Origin: Eledone cirrhosa | Lineage: Eukaryota | NCBI GenBank assembly: GCA_964016885.1 | Contig: OZ024751.1 | Coordinates: 12,648,001 to 12,712,000 of the forward strand | Reading direction: 5' to 3' | DNA: 64,000 nucleotides | Shown: positions 39,786 to 56,803 of the stretch, one piece after another | How positions within the stretch are numbered: the stretch's first letter is position 1 | Layout of the letters: every line of letters begins with the position of its first letter | Made by a program: the position numbers and the translations under genes | Notes under the pieces: model-generated | Database searches by the model: none | Told to the model about the DNA's origin: nothing | Seen by the model: the letters and a program-made list of their open reading frames with translations, nothing else

Positions 39786-40327
39786 CTCCACCTACCCCCC
39801 ACTCTCCTGAGCGTGAATTTAATAAACATTTATCGTACTGCCTCTCTGTTCTGTCCCTGTTCAATTTTTCATTATATATATTTATATATATATATCATAT
39901 CTACATTATAAAACTCTTTTTTTTTAAAGAATTTCCCTCTCATTTTTTCAATAATGTCACTTTGGTGAATCAAAGAAAATACAAAAATAGATCCCTAAAT
40001 ATATTTTCCGTGCTATTTCCAATTTCACCTTTTCTCTATAACCACTGTTTTGTATAGAACTTTATTTCCCTTTTCAAATATATATATTATATATATATAT
40101 ATATATAATCTATTTTAACCTGTTATTTCTTTTGTTACTTTGGTATTGTGTGGTTAGGTTTTGCCTACCGCAATGTTCAATTTGTCAAGCTATTTAAACG
40201 TATGTTATTGCTCTAAGGACCTACCCTTATTGAGTGCTTTGCTAACTCATTCCTATTGTATGTCGACTTTGCTTGCCCACAGCCAAAGTTTCGATTTTAC
40301 TAAGCTTCCACTTGTATATATATATAT

Positions 40328-40519
40328 AACGAAGGAAATGTGGTAAGGAACCAGGTGGACCCTAACGTACCAAAGTACTCAATACTTAGGGTAGTAGAGT
40401 GGGTAATAGGAACCAGTAAGACCCCGACGGCTGAGCTCAAGCCGTTTCGACGGCTAATTCTGGTCCAGAATTAGCCGTAGAAACGGCTTGAGCTCAGCCG
40501 TCGGGGTCTTACTGGTTCC

Positions 40520-40521
<2 letters not shown>
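40328..40521 (-). mobile_element. Family P1 palindromic element
   Basis: Near-identical to 7371-7578; centre 40464. Confidence 0.78.
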
Positions 40522-40554
<33 letters not shown>

Positions 40555-40811
40555 AAATGAAGTAATTCCGTCGGAAAAGTCCAGGAAAAAAGAGTGCTCT
40601 ATGTAGGTAACAGAGCTTAATAGTTATGTAATAAACAACATAAGGCAATGATTCCATTTATGGAATCATTGCCTTATGTTGTTTATTACATAACTAAATA
40701 TATATATATATATATATATTTAATACATTAACAGAGAAAGCTAATAGCGATACTCCGACCAAATATATATAAAATTGCAAGTTTGAAGAACTATTAGATA
40801 AAATATAATAA

Positions 40812-40996
40812 TTGTGTCTACATTTGGCACAAGACCAGCAATTACCCAGTGCATTACTGGTACTTTATTTTATCGACTGCGTAAGGATGAAAAGCAAAGT
40901 TAACCTCGGCGGGATTTGAACTCAGAATGGCAAGGGCCGTAACTCTATGCGTCAAAGTTTGGCGTCCGACCCTCTACCGATACTACCAATCCACCA
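40812..40996 (-). mobile_element. Octopus-type SINE
   Basis: Shared core and head. Confidence 0.85.
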
Positions 40997-41915
40997 TATA
41001 TACATACTTACACACACATTATAAACAGTGAGTCTTGTTACACTGGAGTTTCGCCTGATTCTCACAGGGTCATCATAGATATATATATAAGAATAGTATT
41101 TATAGTTATGTATATACTATAAACAACCATAAACAGGAAGGTCAGTAATTTCTACTACCTTATTACCAGTAAGAGAAAAAGCTCAATGTAAACAGGAAAA
41201 TAAAATATATACAATAGTATTTCCTCTTATTAATGATTATTTGCTTAATTAATTCTTCATTGAGCCACACCGTGAAAGGTAGCCAAACTCATATATGTAT
41301 CTGTGACTTTGTCTAAGTATATACATATATCCCTTTGAATTTATATATGTGTATATATATATATATATATATAAAAAACATGAGAAGAAAGAAGAATACT
41401 GCGTGGTTGCACATGGGTTACATATGATAAAAATAGTCCTTCGTCAGTGATTTTCCGACCATCATTGGTATTTCATCGCATTAAAAATCATATACCTCAG
41501 GTTGGTGCGAGCAATAACTAAAAAAAGTTATTGGGACCAGTAAATCGCGTAAAGCGAGGGGGACAAGTAAACAACATAGAAGGATAAAAGCAAACCAAAG
41601 ATAGGAAAAAAACAAGCAACATATATATATAAATATATATAAATCCAGGGAGTGTAACTTGGAGTGACTGTAAGTTCACCCGGGTGAGTACACGATGTTT
41701 AGGTTCACTTCAGTGTCGAGGTGTAGAGCTAGACAGTGTATTATAGTGAAATAAAATAACAAGACGATTGGTTACTTCTTCATTACGTTTATTGGTTGGG
41801 GACGCGCGTTTCGCCACTGATCAGCTCAAGGTTCGATCTGTATCGATCTGACCCGACTCGATAATCCGCGGCTCGTCAGACCTTTTACAATGGTAATGGA
41901 AAAATACACACACAC

Positions 41916-42015
<100 letters not shown>

Positions 42016-42018
42016 CAC

Positions 42019-42141
<123 letters not shown>

Positions 42142-42190
42142 CACATACATATATATACACATACATATATATATACACATATATATGCAC

Positions 42191-42221
<31 letters not shown>

Positions 42222-43096
42222 TATATATACACACATATATATATATACACATATATATATATATACACATATATATACACATATGTATACACATATATAT
42301 ATATACACATATATATATATATATACACACATATGTATACACATATATATATATATACACACATATATATATGTACACACACACACACATACATATATAG
42401 AGAGAGAGAGACAGGGGTGGGGGTTGTATATATATATAGAGAGTTGTATAGGGAGACGGGGAGAGAGAGAGAGTTGTAAGACAAGGGGAGAGAGAGATGT
42501 GGAGAGAGAGAGAGAGATGTGGAGAGAGAGAGGGAGAGAGAGAGACTTCCATTCTTGTAACATCTCCAGATAATATAGATATTTCAAAGGACCCTACGTA
42601 GTGCCACTGGCATATATTACCATAGTGTGTGGTCCTTAACATGAAGGCAAATCTGTCATAGAGGGTATTGTTGTGTTTATATTAAAATATGAAGGGTCGG
42701 TGGTGGTGGTCACCGGAAGATTGAGGGTCAAAGAGATAATATAGAAAGTTCTGTGGGGAATATATTTATTTAAATGTGTGTGTATGAGTATATATACACA
42801 CACACACACACACACATACACATTTATATGCTTGAGTGTGTATACACACACACATACACATTTATATGCTTGAGTGTGTGTATATTTACGTGTTTTTATA
42901 TATGTATATATGTATATATGTCTGTATGTATGTATATGTATGTCTGTATGTATGTATATGTATGTCTGTATATATGTATGTATGAATGTATATGTATGTC
43001 TGTATATATGTATATGTATGTCTGTATATATGTATATGTATGTCTGTATATATGTATGTGTATATATGTATGTATGTATGTATGTATATATTTATG

Positions 43097-43173
<77 letters not shown>

Positions 43174-43579
43174 ATGTATTTATATACACTCACACATATA
43201 TATATAATATAACATGTATATAATTATGCACACTTCAACACTAGTATGCTTTCATAACATACACAGAAAACAAATACAGACACATGGAAAATACGAGTAT
43301 ACACATACAGCCACCCACATACACATACAGCCACCCATATACACATACACATACAGCCACCCATATACACATACAGCCACCCATAGATACATAAATACGG
43401 AAGAGAGAGATTCCTTTCATCTCTATCATCTCCCTCTCCACACATGTACCTTAAACTCTTGTCAATGTTGATATCTAAAACAGATTGTATCATTGGTGGA
43501 AGCCATACAAATATTGAGCAAAACACGGAGCTGCTAGAAATAGCAGCCACATTTCTTTCAAATCTCTTTCAACTTTACA

Positions 43580-44165
43580 GTCTTCTTATTATTTTTATTT
43601 TTATTTATCTTCTTTTCTTATCTTCTTTTTGTCTTGTTTTTATCTTCTTTTCTTATCTTCTTTTCTTATCTTCTTCTTTTCTTTTCTTTTTCTTTTTTTT
43701 CTTTTTTTTCTTTTTTTTCTTTTTTTTCTTTTTTTTTCTTTTTCTTCCTTTTCTTCTTTTTCTTCCTTTTCTTCTTTTTCTTCCTTTTCTTCCTTTTCTT
43801 CTTTTTCTTCCTTTTCTTCTTTTTCTTCTTTTTCTTCTTTTTCTTCTTTTTTTTCTTTTTCTTTTTCTTTTTCTTCTTTTTCTTTTTCTTTTTCTTCTTT
43901 TTCTTTTTCTTTTTCTTTTTCTTCTTTTCCTTTTTCTTCCTGGGAGGGTCGTAGGTGCAGAGTCCTCAAACTCTCCTTCCAGCAGGTCCTATCACAAGCA
44001 ACCGTCTCCAACTGATCCAACCGGATCCCCAAGCCTGACCAGCCAAGCTCATGGATGTTATCCAACCATCTTGCTAGGGGTCTACCCCTGGATCTCTTAC
44101 CGGTTGGTTTTGCCCATAAAATCTGTCCAGCGATTTGAGGAAGACAAGACAAAGCTCTACCGTCT
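43580..44165 (-). mobile_element. RTE-like LINE 3' end with expanded GAA/GAAAAA tail
   Basis: QILWAKPTGKRSRGRPLARWLDNI...ACDRTCWK is a typical RTE C-terminus and runs into the purine-rich repeat. Confidence 0.75.
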
Positions 44166-44371
44166 TTAACAAAAAAAAAACACAAAAAAAAAAGGAGATA
44201 TTGGATAATACAGTAGTTGAAACGATCGTCTGTTTCGACGATGAGTATTCCTCTTGCTCGATCAATTGAACAAAACTACAAACCCATTGTATAACATGTA
44301 AGTAGCTGAGTATTCCATAGACATATATGTGTATATATATGTGTGTATATATATGTGTGTATATATGTATA

Positions 44372-44600
44372 TGTATGAAAGACGTAAAATAAGAAAATTT
44401 TAAAAATTAAAAATTAAAAACTAAAATTTTAGTAAGTAAGTTAATTTTTAATTTTTAAAATTTTCTTATTTTACGTCTTTCATATAATTGTTCTGCATCC
44501 CCCCTGCATAGAACCACCTAGGTACTTTGACATAACTTATATATTTGTTAGCATTAGTGTACATCTGTACGCATATGTTGGTAGATGTACTAATTCTCTA
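44372..44600 (+). mobile_element. Short diverged relative of the 556-bp unit with a 5' fold-back
   Basis: 44460-44600 matches the reverse complement of 55972-56110 (for example GAACCACCTAGGTACT); 44372-44420 is the inverted arm. Confidence 0.75.
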
Positions 44601-44957
44601 TATATGTATACATATAACACACACATATATATCATACATATATGTGATAGGAAAATTAACTCTCTCCAGCAATAACACAACTAGTATGTTGGTATAATGT
44701 AAGTTTATTAAATTCTAGATTATAGAATTCTCTCCGTCTATTTCAATATTATGTTCATCAACGATCTGGACGCCTAAATTTCCAGTGGTACAGCTAGTTC
44801 GGGACAATACATGTATGCATGTATATATACATGTACACACGTATGCATCTATATAAAAAAAAATGTATATATATATTATATATATATATCCAGCGAACCT
44901 TCAACCGTCAGGGTTGTTTTTCTACGGGTATGTCAACATTTATAAAACATATTTTGT

Positions 44958-45020
44958 ATTTTATCTGATGAAAGCGCACCAAAATTGCCTTAGTTGCCCT
45001 TGAAATATATATAATAAAAT
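44958..45020 (+). ncRNA. Type I hammerhead ribozyme motif
   Basis: attttat-CTGATGA-aagcgca...tgccctt-GAAA-tatata-TA-ataaaat; perfect 7-bp stem I. Confidence 0.78.
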
Positions 45021-45064
45021 AATTATGGTTTTATAAATATAGTTTCCATTTATTAATATATTGC

Positions 45065-45099
<35 letters not shown>

Positions 45100-45159
45100 A
45101 ATGAATAATAACAGGTAGACATCATAAAAAGGTAATTTATTCCGTGTGCTTACAAATAC

Positions 45160-45585
<426 letters not shown>

Positions 45586-45935
45586 GTGAAGGCGCATGGC
45601 TTAGTAGTTAGAGCATTGGGCTTGCAATCGAAAGGTTGTGAGATCAATTCTCGGACCGGGTGATGTGTTTTTTTCCTTGAGCAAGACACTTTATTTCACG
45701 TTGCTACAGTTTACTCAGCTGTAGAAATGAGTTGCGACGTCACTGGTGCCAAGCTGTATCGGCCATTGCCTTTCCCTTGGACCTCATCGGTGGCGTGGAG
45801 AGGGGAGACTGGTATGCATGGGCGACTATTGGTCTTCCACAAACAACCTTGCCTGGACTTGTACTCGGAGGAAAAACTTTCTAGGTGCAAATCCCATGGT
45901 CATTCGTGACCGAAGGGAGTCTTTACCCTTTTTTT
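45586..45935 (+). mobile_element. CORE-like tRNA-derived SINE
   Basis: Homologous to 17727-18030. Confidence 0.8.
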
Positions 45936-46925
45936 TATGTATGTATGTCGGGTCACTCTTGAGTGCTACTGGTAACATGTAACCCAGTACAACCTGTCGC
46001 ATGGTCGGGTCGTCGCCGACTAAACCGGCAACCCCACCAAGTTTACTTGGTGAGGAGGGTGATTTTGGACACCCTGCAGGACAAAAAATCAAAACCTGAC
46101 AAAGGGCGGAAGAACTCATAAGAGTCAACGGCCATCCAAAAGTGTGTAAATATGTATACACATGTATGCATGTGTATGTATATGTGTATATACATGTATG
46201 CATGTGTATGTATATGTATATATATGTATTGTATGCATGTGTATATACATGGGTGCATGTGTATGTATATGTGCGGGGAGATAGAAATAGTCGGACTGGA
46301 CACTCGATCGCGCGGTTAAACCACTAGGAGTGAAGGACCCCTAGCCTTTGTCAGGGCATTCTTCTAGAAGGCAACTCAGGAAACTGGGATAACTCCGACA
46401 TAAAACCTGCGGCTCAATAGTAACCGATGATGTTGATCTTTTCATCTTTTCGGGTTATAGCTACTGTTGCCCAGAGAGTGGGATTGGTTCAGTGCACAGT
46501 CTTTCCTCATTTAAAAAAATATCTTCACGCACAGGCATTGCACGATAGAATTAATTAATAATTATTAATAACGGTATATCGTGCAATGGCCTTACTCGAT
46601 AATGAGGGGACAGCCATCATGTATGTATAAGATATATGTATATACTTCGTTTGTGTATTTGTTTTGCAAGATATTTGATGTGAAAACGTGTGTTGAAACA
46701 GATATTGTTATACTTTGGGTGAACCATGCTGCCAACAAAAACATTATTATAATCTCCCAGTTGTGTAGTTTAATAACTGGGTGGTTGTTTAGCTGTTGAT
46801 TGACAATCAACAGCTAAACAACCACCCAGTTATTAAACTACCCAACTTGGAGATTATACTAATAAGTTGAAGTAGAACTCAACTGGTGCTTGTGTTTTTA
46901 TTGGCATCATAACCCTTCCAATATA

Positions 46926-46963
<38 letters not shown>

Positions 46964-47311
46964 TTAGGTTTGTTGGTTAACCACTGGATAAAATTGGTCA
47001 TTCCGTATATAAAATTATGGAGAGTACTCAACGTAATGCAGCTCACCCGTCTTCGTTGTGTAGTTGGTGGTGCGAGTACGGAGTTAATTATAAAATAAGA
47101 TAACAGGAGGCTGGACTTGTGTAAATTCTTGAAAGGTTTATTATACTATGATCATTTCAATGACCGGGTTCCGTATGAATCCGGTGACATCATCAGGTAT
47201 TCGAAATATAACAAAGGAATATAACAGATAAAATCCATGGTCGATCGTCTTCTTGGCTATGATTTTCGGCCCCATGGATTTTATCTGTTATATTCCTTTG
47301 TTATATTTCGA

Positions 47312-47369
47312 ATACCTGATGATATCACCGGATTCATACTGAACCCGGTCATTGAAATGATCATAGTAT
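47312..47369 (+). ncRNA. Type I hammerhead (mirror copy 47143-47200 on minus) in palindrome 47090-47422
   Basis: atac-CTGATGA-tatcaccggattc..gaacccggtcatt-GAAA-tgatca-TA-gtat, then AATAAA. Confidence 0.75.
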
Positions 47370-47414
47370 AATAAACCTTTCAAGGATTTACACCAGTCCA
47401 ACCTCTTGTTATCT

Positions 47415-47454
<40 letters not shown>

Positions 47455-47688
47455 TATACATTGACTTTCTACCTAAGTTAAAGGTCATATGTTGATAGAG
47501 ATAAAATTAATTGGATTGACACACATATATTACTGGTATATATTTTTACATTTTAATAATCCCGGAGGGACGAGCGGCCTTCCCAGTTAAAATACTGTAA
47601 ATATAAATGGACCTGCGTATTAAGAGTGTATGCTACGTAATCGCTATCAAAATTTCTAGCGCACACATACATATATATTTAAAAATAC

Positions 47689-47723
<35 letters not shown>

Positions 47724-47740
47724 CGTATATATATATATAT

Positions 47741-47787
<47 letters not shown>

Positions 47788-48085
47788 ACTTCTGTTATAT
47801 CAAAATATCGTGAAACAAGTAACGTCGAACATCGTGACATATACATATATACACATACATACATACATGTATACACATACATACATACATACATACATAC
47901 ACCCGTTTAAAGTGATTCAGGTGAGACGCCATAAACAGTTGTGGAAATTTCCTGACCGGAAACATTCAGCAGAACTCTCCAGAAGTCGGCACACATGTTT
48001 TGTAAGCTCTACTTAATAACCATCACCGCTCTCACATAACAATCCACAATGTTTGGCACCCACCTTACACTACCAATACACACAC

Positions 48086-48144
<59 letters not shown>

Positions 48145-48463
48145 GTGTGTATGTGTATGTATATATACCGACATTTTGATCTTCGTCCTTATCTACACCA
48201 CCAACATCGTAAACCACACGCGCGCACGCACACACGCACACACGCACGCACACACACACACACGCACATACACACATACACACACACACATATATAACTG
48301 TTTGTATGAATATAGAGGCACCTGCTGATTAAGTTGGCAGTCTTTCAGAATACATGGTCAGGCTTCCTGGTTACTATTGACGGGAGAATGAATACAGAGG
48401 AAGGGAAGAGGTGGGGTGGAGGAGGGATGGTTTGGAATAACAACAACAATTATAGTAATCATC

Positions 48464-48500
<37 letters not shown>

Positions 48501-48666
48501 TGTGAGAGTTTGTGTGTGTGTGTGTGGCGTGGTTTGTGTGTGTGTCTATGTCTGTCTGTGTAAAACCTAAATGAATAAAATACGTGAACTTGTTTGGCAC
48601 CGTTAAAGAGAAGTAAAACTAATGAGCCACAACACTAACAACATTATCAGAAACAGCAGCAAGTGT

Positions 48667-48704
<38 letters not shown>

Positions 48705-48714
48705 ATGATAATAA

Positions 48715-49255
48715 TTGTTTCTACTTTTTGGCACAAGGCCAGCAATTATATCAGTGTATTACTGGTACTTTATTTTATCGACCCCCCCGTAAGGATTTAA
48801 AGGCAAAGTTAACCTCGGCGGGATTTGAACTCAGTCCGTAAAGGGACGTAACTCTATGCTGCAAAGCATGGCGTCCGAGCCTCTACCGATACTATGGTTT
48901 CTTATATAGGCACAAGGCCAGTGATTTGGGGGGTGGGGGTGGGAGGGGGAAATTGATTAAATCGACCCCAGTGCGTGACTGGTACTTTGTTTTATCGACC
49001 GCATAAGGATGAAAGCCAAAGTTAACCTCGGCGGGATTTGAGCTCAGATCATAAAGGGCCGTAACTCTATGCTGCAAAGCATGGCGTCGGAACCTCTACC
49101 TATATTGCCAATCCACCGCTCACTACTACTACTAATAATAATAATGATAATTTCTGATTTAGGCACAAGGCCAACAATTGTGGGGGTAGAGGAAAGTTGA
49201 TTAAATCGACTCCAGAAGATTACTGGTACTTTTTTATTGACCCCGTAAAGATAAA
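48715..49255 (-). mobile_element. Three tandem octopus-type SINE copies
   Basis: Shared core; separated by (ACT/AAT)n tails. Confidence 0.85.
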
Positions 49256-49342
49256 TGACAGTGCTGGCATTAGAACTAGATGGTGATATATGTCCAGCAA
49301 CATATCCCCGTGAATGCATAATTTCAATTATAATTGTATAAG

Positions 49343-49391
49343 CGTCTGATGAAGTCACATGCATAACCATGTAACAGAAATATATATCATG
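49343..49391 (+). ncRNA. Type I hammerhead motif
   Basis: cgt-CTGATGA-a-gtcacatg-cataac-catgtaac-a-GAAA-tatata-TC-atg, then AATAAA. Confidence 0.68.
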
Positions 49392-49762
49392 TAATAAAGC
49401 AATTATGGGGAAGTAACCCCGTCTTAACTACTCTTAATTTGATATATATATATATATATATATACTTGTAAGATGTTGGTTTTTGTTCTACTGGGAGGTC
49501 TTGGGACATCATTTTGAAGGACGTGTCTTAGTTTTATATATACTTATTTTCTTGGTCCCATTTTTTGCGCTAAGTTACCAGTCATAAACACTGGTACGAA
49601 ACAGAAGTAAACACACAGGAAACACACATACATGCACACACACGTGTGTATGTATCCCGGGTTCAATCGGTGGTAACCACAGTTAGGCTTTCCTGATGAT
49701 TTCCTTCGAATAGAACAGTTTAGTCCTGTAGAAGCCATTTCTTTATTACACACACCACACAC

Positions 49763-49806
<44 letters not shown>

Positions 49807-50014
49807 GGGTGTCCCAAAAATGTATTCACACTGCAACTGCATTACATTTTATTGGACATCCTGTGTATCTATATATATATAGATGTGTGTGTGTGTATGT
49901 GTGTGTGTTTTCGTAGCTGTTTTTATGACTGGTAACTTACCGCTTCGACAAATTATGATAAAGAAAATAAGTACGGGGCTTGAAAAATATATGAACGGGG
50001 GTTGACATAATCGT

Positions 50015-50512
50015 CTAAATCATTGTTGTACCCCACCCCCAACTGTACCCTAAATCAATGCTGTATTCCAACAGTGCCCTAAATCATTGTTGTACCCCAC
50101 CCCTAACTGTACCCTAAATCAATGCTGTATTCCAACTGTACCCTAAATCATTGTTGTACCCCCACCCCCCAACTGTAACCTAAATCAATGCTGTATACCA
50201 ACTGTTATCTAAATCAATGCTGTATACCAACTGTGCCCTAAATCACGGCTGTATCCCAACTGTACCCTAAATCAATGCTGTACCCCACCCCCAACTGTAC
50301 CCTAAATCAATGCTGTATCCCACCCCCAACTGTACCCTAAATCAATGCTGTACCCCACCCCAACTGTACCCTTAATCAATGCTGTACCCCACCCCCAACT
50401 GTACCCTAAATCAATGCTGTACCCCACCCTCAACAGTACCCTAAATCAATGCTGTACCCCACCCCAACTGTACCCTTAATCAATGCTGTATCCCACCCCC
50501 AACTGTACCCCA
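50015..50512. repeat. ~35-bp minisatellite (AACTGTACCCTAAATCAATGCTGTACCCCACCCCC) with shorter variants
   Basis: Unit starts at 50293 and 50328. Confidence 0.9.
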
Positions 50513-50864
50513 ACATCTCTAGAGACTAATGACTGGTACCCGTAATAAAACACAAAACCAAACCATTATCAGAATAATTAGAGAAAGGAATCCATAAGGT
50601 ATGATAAACGAGGCCCATAGCCAAAGCAGGGACGTTTTAAATCCGTCTAGAAGACAATGTCATTTAAATACCATAACACCACCTCTGCAGGTCATGTGGG
50701 ATTTTAATATCTAATATTTGCGGTAAGGAAAAATCGATTAAATCGACCCAAGTAATTGGCAAATTCCTATGTTATCGATCGCTGAAGAGATGAAAGGTGA
50801 AATCGTCTTTCAGTACATTTATCGTTTATCAGTACAGTTACCTTCAGTCGGTACAGTTTTCGTG

Positions 50865-51840
50865 ATAGTGGTGGTGGTAGTGGTGGTGGTGTTGTTATTG
50901 TTGTTGTTGGTGGTGGTGGTTGTGTTGTAGTTGTTGTTGCTCTTGTTGTTGGTCGTGGTGGTGTTGTTGTTGTTGGTGTTGTAGTTGTTGGTGGTGGTGG
51001 TGTTGGTGTTGTAGTTGTTGTTGCTCTTGTTGTTGTTGGTGGTGTTGGTGTTGTAGTTGTTGGTGTTGTAGTTGTTGTTGCTCTTGTTGGTGGTGGTGTT
51101 GTTGTTGTAGTTGTTGGTGTTGTAGCTGTTGTTGCTTTTGTTGTTGTTGGTGGTGTTGTTGTTGTTGTTGTTGGTGTTGTAGTTGTTGGTGTTGTTGCTC
51201 TTGTTGTTGTTGGTGGTGGTTTGTTATTGTTGTTGTTGGTGTTGTAGTTGTTGTTGCTCTTGTTGGTGGTGGTGTCGTTGTTGTTGTTGGTGCTCGTTGG
51301 TGGTGGTGGTGGTCGTGCTCGTTGTTGTTGTTGGTGGTGGTGGAGCTCGTTGTTGTTGTTGGTGGTGGTGGTGCTTGTTGCTGTTGGTGGTGCTCGTTGT
51401 TGTTGTTGGTGGTGGTGGTGCTCGTTGTTTTTGTTGGTGGTGCTCGGTGTTGGTGTTGTTGTTGGTGGTGCTCGTTGTTGGTGTTGGGTGGTGGTGGTGT
51501 ATGCGATGGTGCTGTTGATTTTTGTGGTTGTCGTGGAGGTGGCGATGGTGATGGATGTGGTGTTGGTGGGGAAAGTGATGGTGCTGGTGGCGGTGAGTGT
51601 TATAGGTAGAAAGATGGCTGTGAAGAAGGTGTTGGTGGTATGGTGGTGGTTGTGGTGGTGGTGGTAGAGAGAATGATAGTTGTGGTGGAGGTAATTCAGG
51701 TAGTGGGTAGAAAGATGGCTGTGGAGAAGGTATTGGTGGTTTTGATGATAGTGGGACGAATGATGGCTGTGGTGGAGGCGATGGCTGTGGTGGAGGCGAT
51801 GGCTGTGGTGGAGGCGATGGCTGTGGTGGAGGCGATGATG
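50865..51840. repeat. (TGT/TGG)n low-complexity tract ending in an 18-bp repeat
   Basis: Direct reading. Confidence 0.9.
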
Positions 51841-52889
51841 ATAAAGGATGTAATGTATGTATCTATCAAACTAATAACCAAAACAGTCAATATTTTGAAC
51901 ACCAGAGACGAGATATTCGCCACTGTCCACAGACAAATGTATTCAACTTGTATCTTTAAAACGTATCCCGTTTTTGGATCCATTTGAATCTCAGAAGGGA
52001 TTTTTTTAAATGTTTTCCCATAAAAGGCTGACAACATTTGCAACATATATGTATTGATAATTATTGATCTGTACCGGGGTGCTAAAAAGTTCTTGGCTTA
52101 AGGGTATCGGGAAACGGTAGAGCTGTTACCTTTACAGGGGAGGTAGGAACCCTGCACTAAATGTATGAATCTGAGAGTGGACTATGTTGAATAAAACAAT
52201 AATTAACTGATCCTCCTGTATTTTCTGTTACCCAAAAACGGGGACCTTTCAGTACCCCGGTTCGAAAAAACCATACACAGCCACATTTCATTAAATTAGT
52301 CCTTTGAGTTATCTCCCATAAAGCCTGTGCCCCACAAATAAAATTCAAAGCGTTAGCACCGACCACATGATATGAGATATCATTTAGAATTAATGTGTGA
52401 AATAACTTGGGTAAGGCACCATTATTTCGTATGATAATTCACTTTACTCTGAATTTTCTGCTTACCCCATTCATTAGGGACGCAGGGAAATAGTAGACTC
52501 GTAACTTATAACTTGCGCAAATGAGTTCACAGTTTGTGTTCTATGAATGTGTGTACAAAAGTCCTCCTTTACTATATATATATATATATATATATATTAC
52601 ATGCATACATATGTATATACATAAGTACACGTATATATTACATGCATACATATGTATGTATATATACGTACATACATACATACATACATATGTACACACA
52701 TGCGTACATGTATACATACATACAGTCGTACATATATACGTATGTATATACATACATAGATACATAACTGCATATGTAGGCGGATGTGTATGGGTCCGTT
52801 TTTAAATATACAATAAATTAATTATACAAAACCAACATCCATAACGTAAAAAAATATATCGAAAATTTGAACGAAAGCTTTGAAAGAAA

Positions 52890-54885
<1,996 letters not shown>

Positions 54886-55591
54886 TGTCAGGTCACCAGT
54901 TGGTGCTACTGGTAACATGTATCCCAGTACAACCTGTCTCATGGTCGGGTCGTTGGCGACTAAAGTGGCAACCCCACCAAGGTTTCTTGGTGAGGAGGGT
55001 GACTTTGGACATCCTGCAGGACTAAAAACAAAACCTGTCAAAGGGCAAAGGAGCTCTTAAGAGTCAATGGCCATCCAAAATCACCGGGAGAGATGACCCC
55101 TTAGCCTTTGTCAAGGCAGAATTCTAGGAGAAGGAAAACTCTGATATAACACCTGCAACCCTGATGGTATCCAATGATGTTGACTTGTTCTTCTTTTTGG
55201 TAAATATCATCTTGGTTAAGAGAGTGGGACTGGCTTTGTGCAATGCCTTTGCTCACTATAAAAGCTTCACGGCACAGGCATTGCTTTATATCTGGAGATC
55301 TCTCTGCACTTGTCATCACATGGTACCATGGGCCCAGCACTGTGTGTCAATAATTGTCACAGGTGTAGTGTTTGTACCAGAGTTTTCAAGTCGCTGGCTG
55401 GACTCAAAAGTCACACTCGTTCAGCGCATCGGTAGGGTTTCTCCTACATGGATATAAAGTAGTGGCTGTACTCGAAAACGAGTTGGCAGCCACCATATAT
55501 ATATGTATATATGTATGTATATATATATATATATATGTATGTATATATATATATGTATATATGTATGTATATATATATATGTATATATGTA

Positions 55592-55627
<36 letters not shown>

Positions 55628-55735
55628 TATATATATATGTATATATGTATGTATATATATATATGTATATATGTATGTATATATATATAGATATATATGT
55701 ATATATGTATATATATATATGTATATATGTATGTA

Positions 55736-55769
<34 letters not shown>

Positions 55770-56165
55770 TATATATATATGTATATATGTATGTATATAT
55801 ATATATGTATATATGTATGTATATATATATATGTATATATGTATGTATATATATATATGTATATATGTATGTATATATATATATGTATATATGTATGTAT
55901 ATATATGTATGTATGTATATATATATACATACATATGTATATATGTATGTATATATATATATGTATATATGTAGATAATTTAATATATCAACTAACATAG
56001 GCGCACAGATGCACGTCCATGCCAGCAAATACACAGGTTATGTCATAGTACCTAGGTGGTTCAATGCAGGAGGGTGCAGAACAATAATATAAAAGACGTA
56101 AGATAAGAAAATATTTTTTAAAAAAATTTTTTTTTTAAATCTTTTACTTACTTACTTAAATTTTC

Positions 56166-56247
56166 ACTCCAACTAATTAGTTTCTGCAATGGGATAAAGA
56201 CAGTTACGTAATCCAACTGTCGAGAATTCATTGCGTCATCAGGGAGT
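56166..56247 (-). ncRNA. Type I hammerhead, extended stem II (copy 1)
   Basis: Reverse complement: actcc-CTGATGA-c-gcaatg..gacagtt..aactgtc..cattgc-a-GAAA-ctaattag-TT-ggagt. Confidence 0.85.
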
Positions 56248-56721
56248 CTATTCTCAGCTGAGTCTCCAGGCAATGCGCGGACACTGGCGGCTCATATAAA
56301 AATAATAATAATTCGGTAGAAAGAACAGCTGGCGAGGACTGGATTCCATGTACTGAAATTCTCACTGCTTCTAGTCAAATGGCCGATTCTAAAGAATCAA
56401 TCACGTGACACAGAGGCTAGTTAGAAGGAATGGGATGGTAAGATGACTGACGCCTACTAACACCCCAAAAAAAATTTAGAAGTGGTTTTGGCAGGTTTGC
56501 TCGACAAATCAGTGATTTGGAGATAAATATAGATAATTTAATATATCAACTAACATAGGCGCACAGATGCACGTCCATGCCAGCAAATACACAGGTTATG
56601 TCATAGTACCTAGGTGGTTCAATGCAGGAGGGTGCAGAACAATAATATAAAAGACGTAAGATAAGAAAATATTTTTTTTAAAAATTTTTTTTAAAACTTT
56701 TACTTACTTACTTAAATTTTC

Positions 56722-56803
56722 ACTCCAACTAATTAGTTTCTGCAATGGGATAAAGACAGTTACGTAATCCAACTGTCGAGAATTCATTGCGTCATCAGGG
56801 AGT
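56722..56803 (-). ncRNA. Type I hammerhead, extended stem II (copy 2)
   Basis: Identical to 56166-56247. Confidence 0.85.

Noticed and set aside
50920-51667. Cys/Trp-rich metallothionein- or keratin-like ORF
   Set aside because: Simple TGT/TGG trinucleotide tract open in several frames.
52072-52150. Mariner-like terminal repeat
   Set aside because: Only one degenerate end visible; not enough to call.
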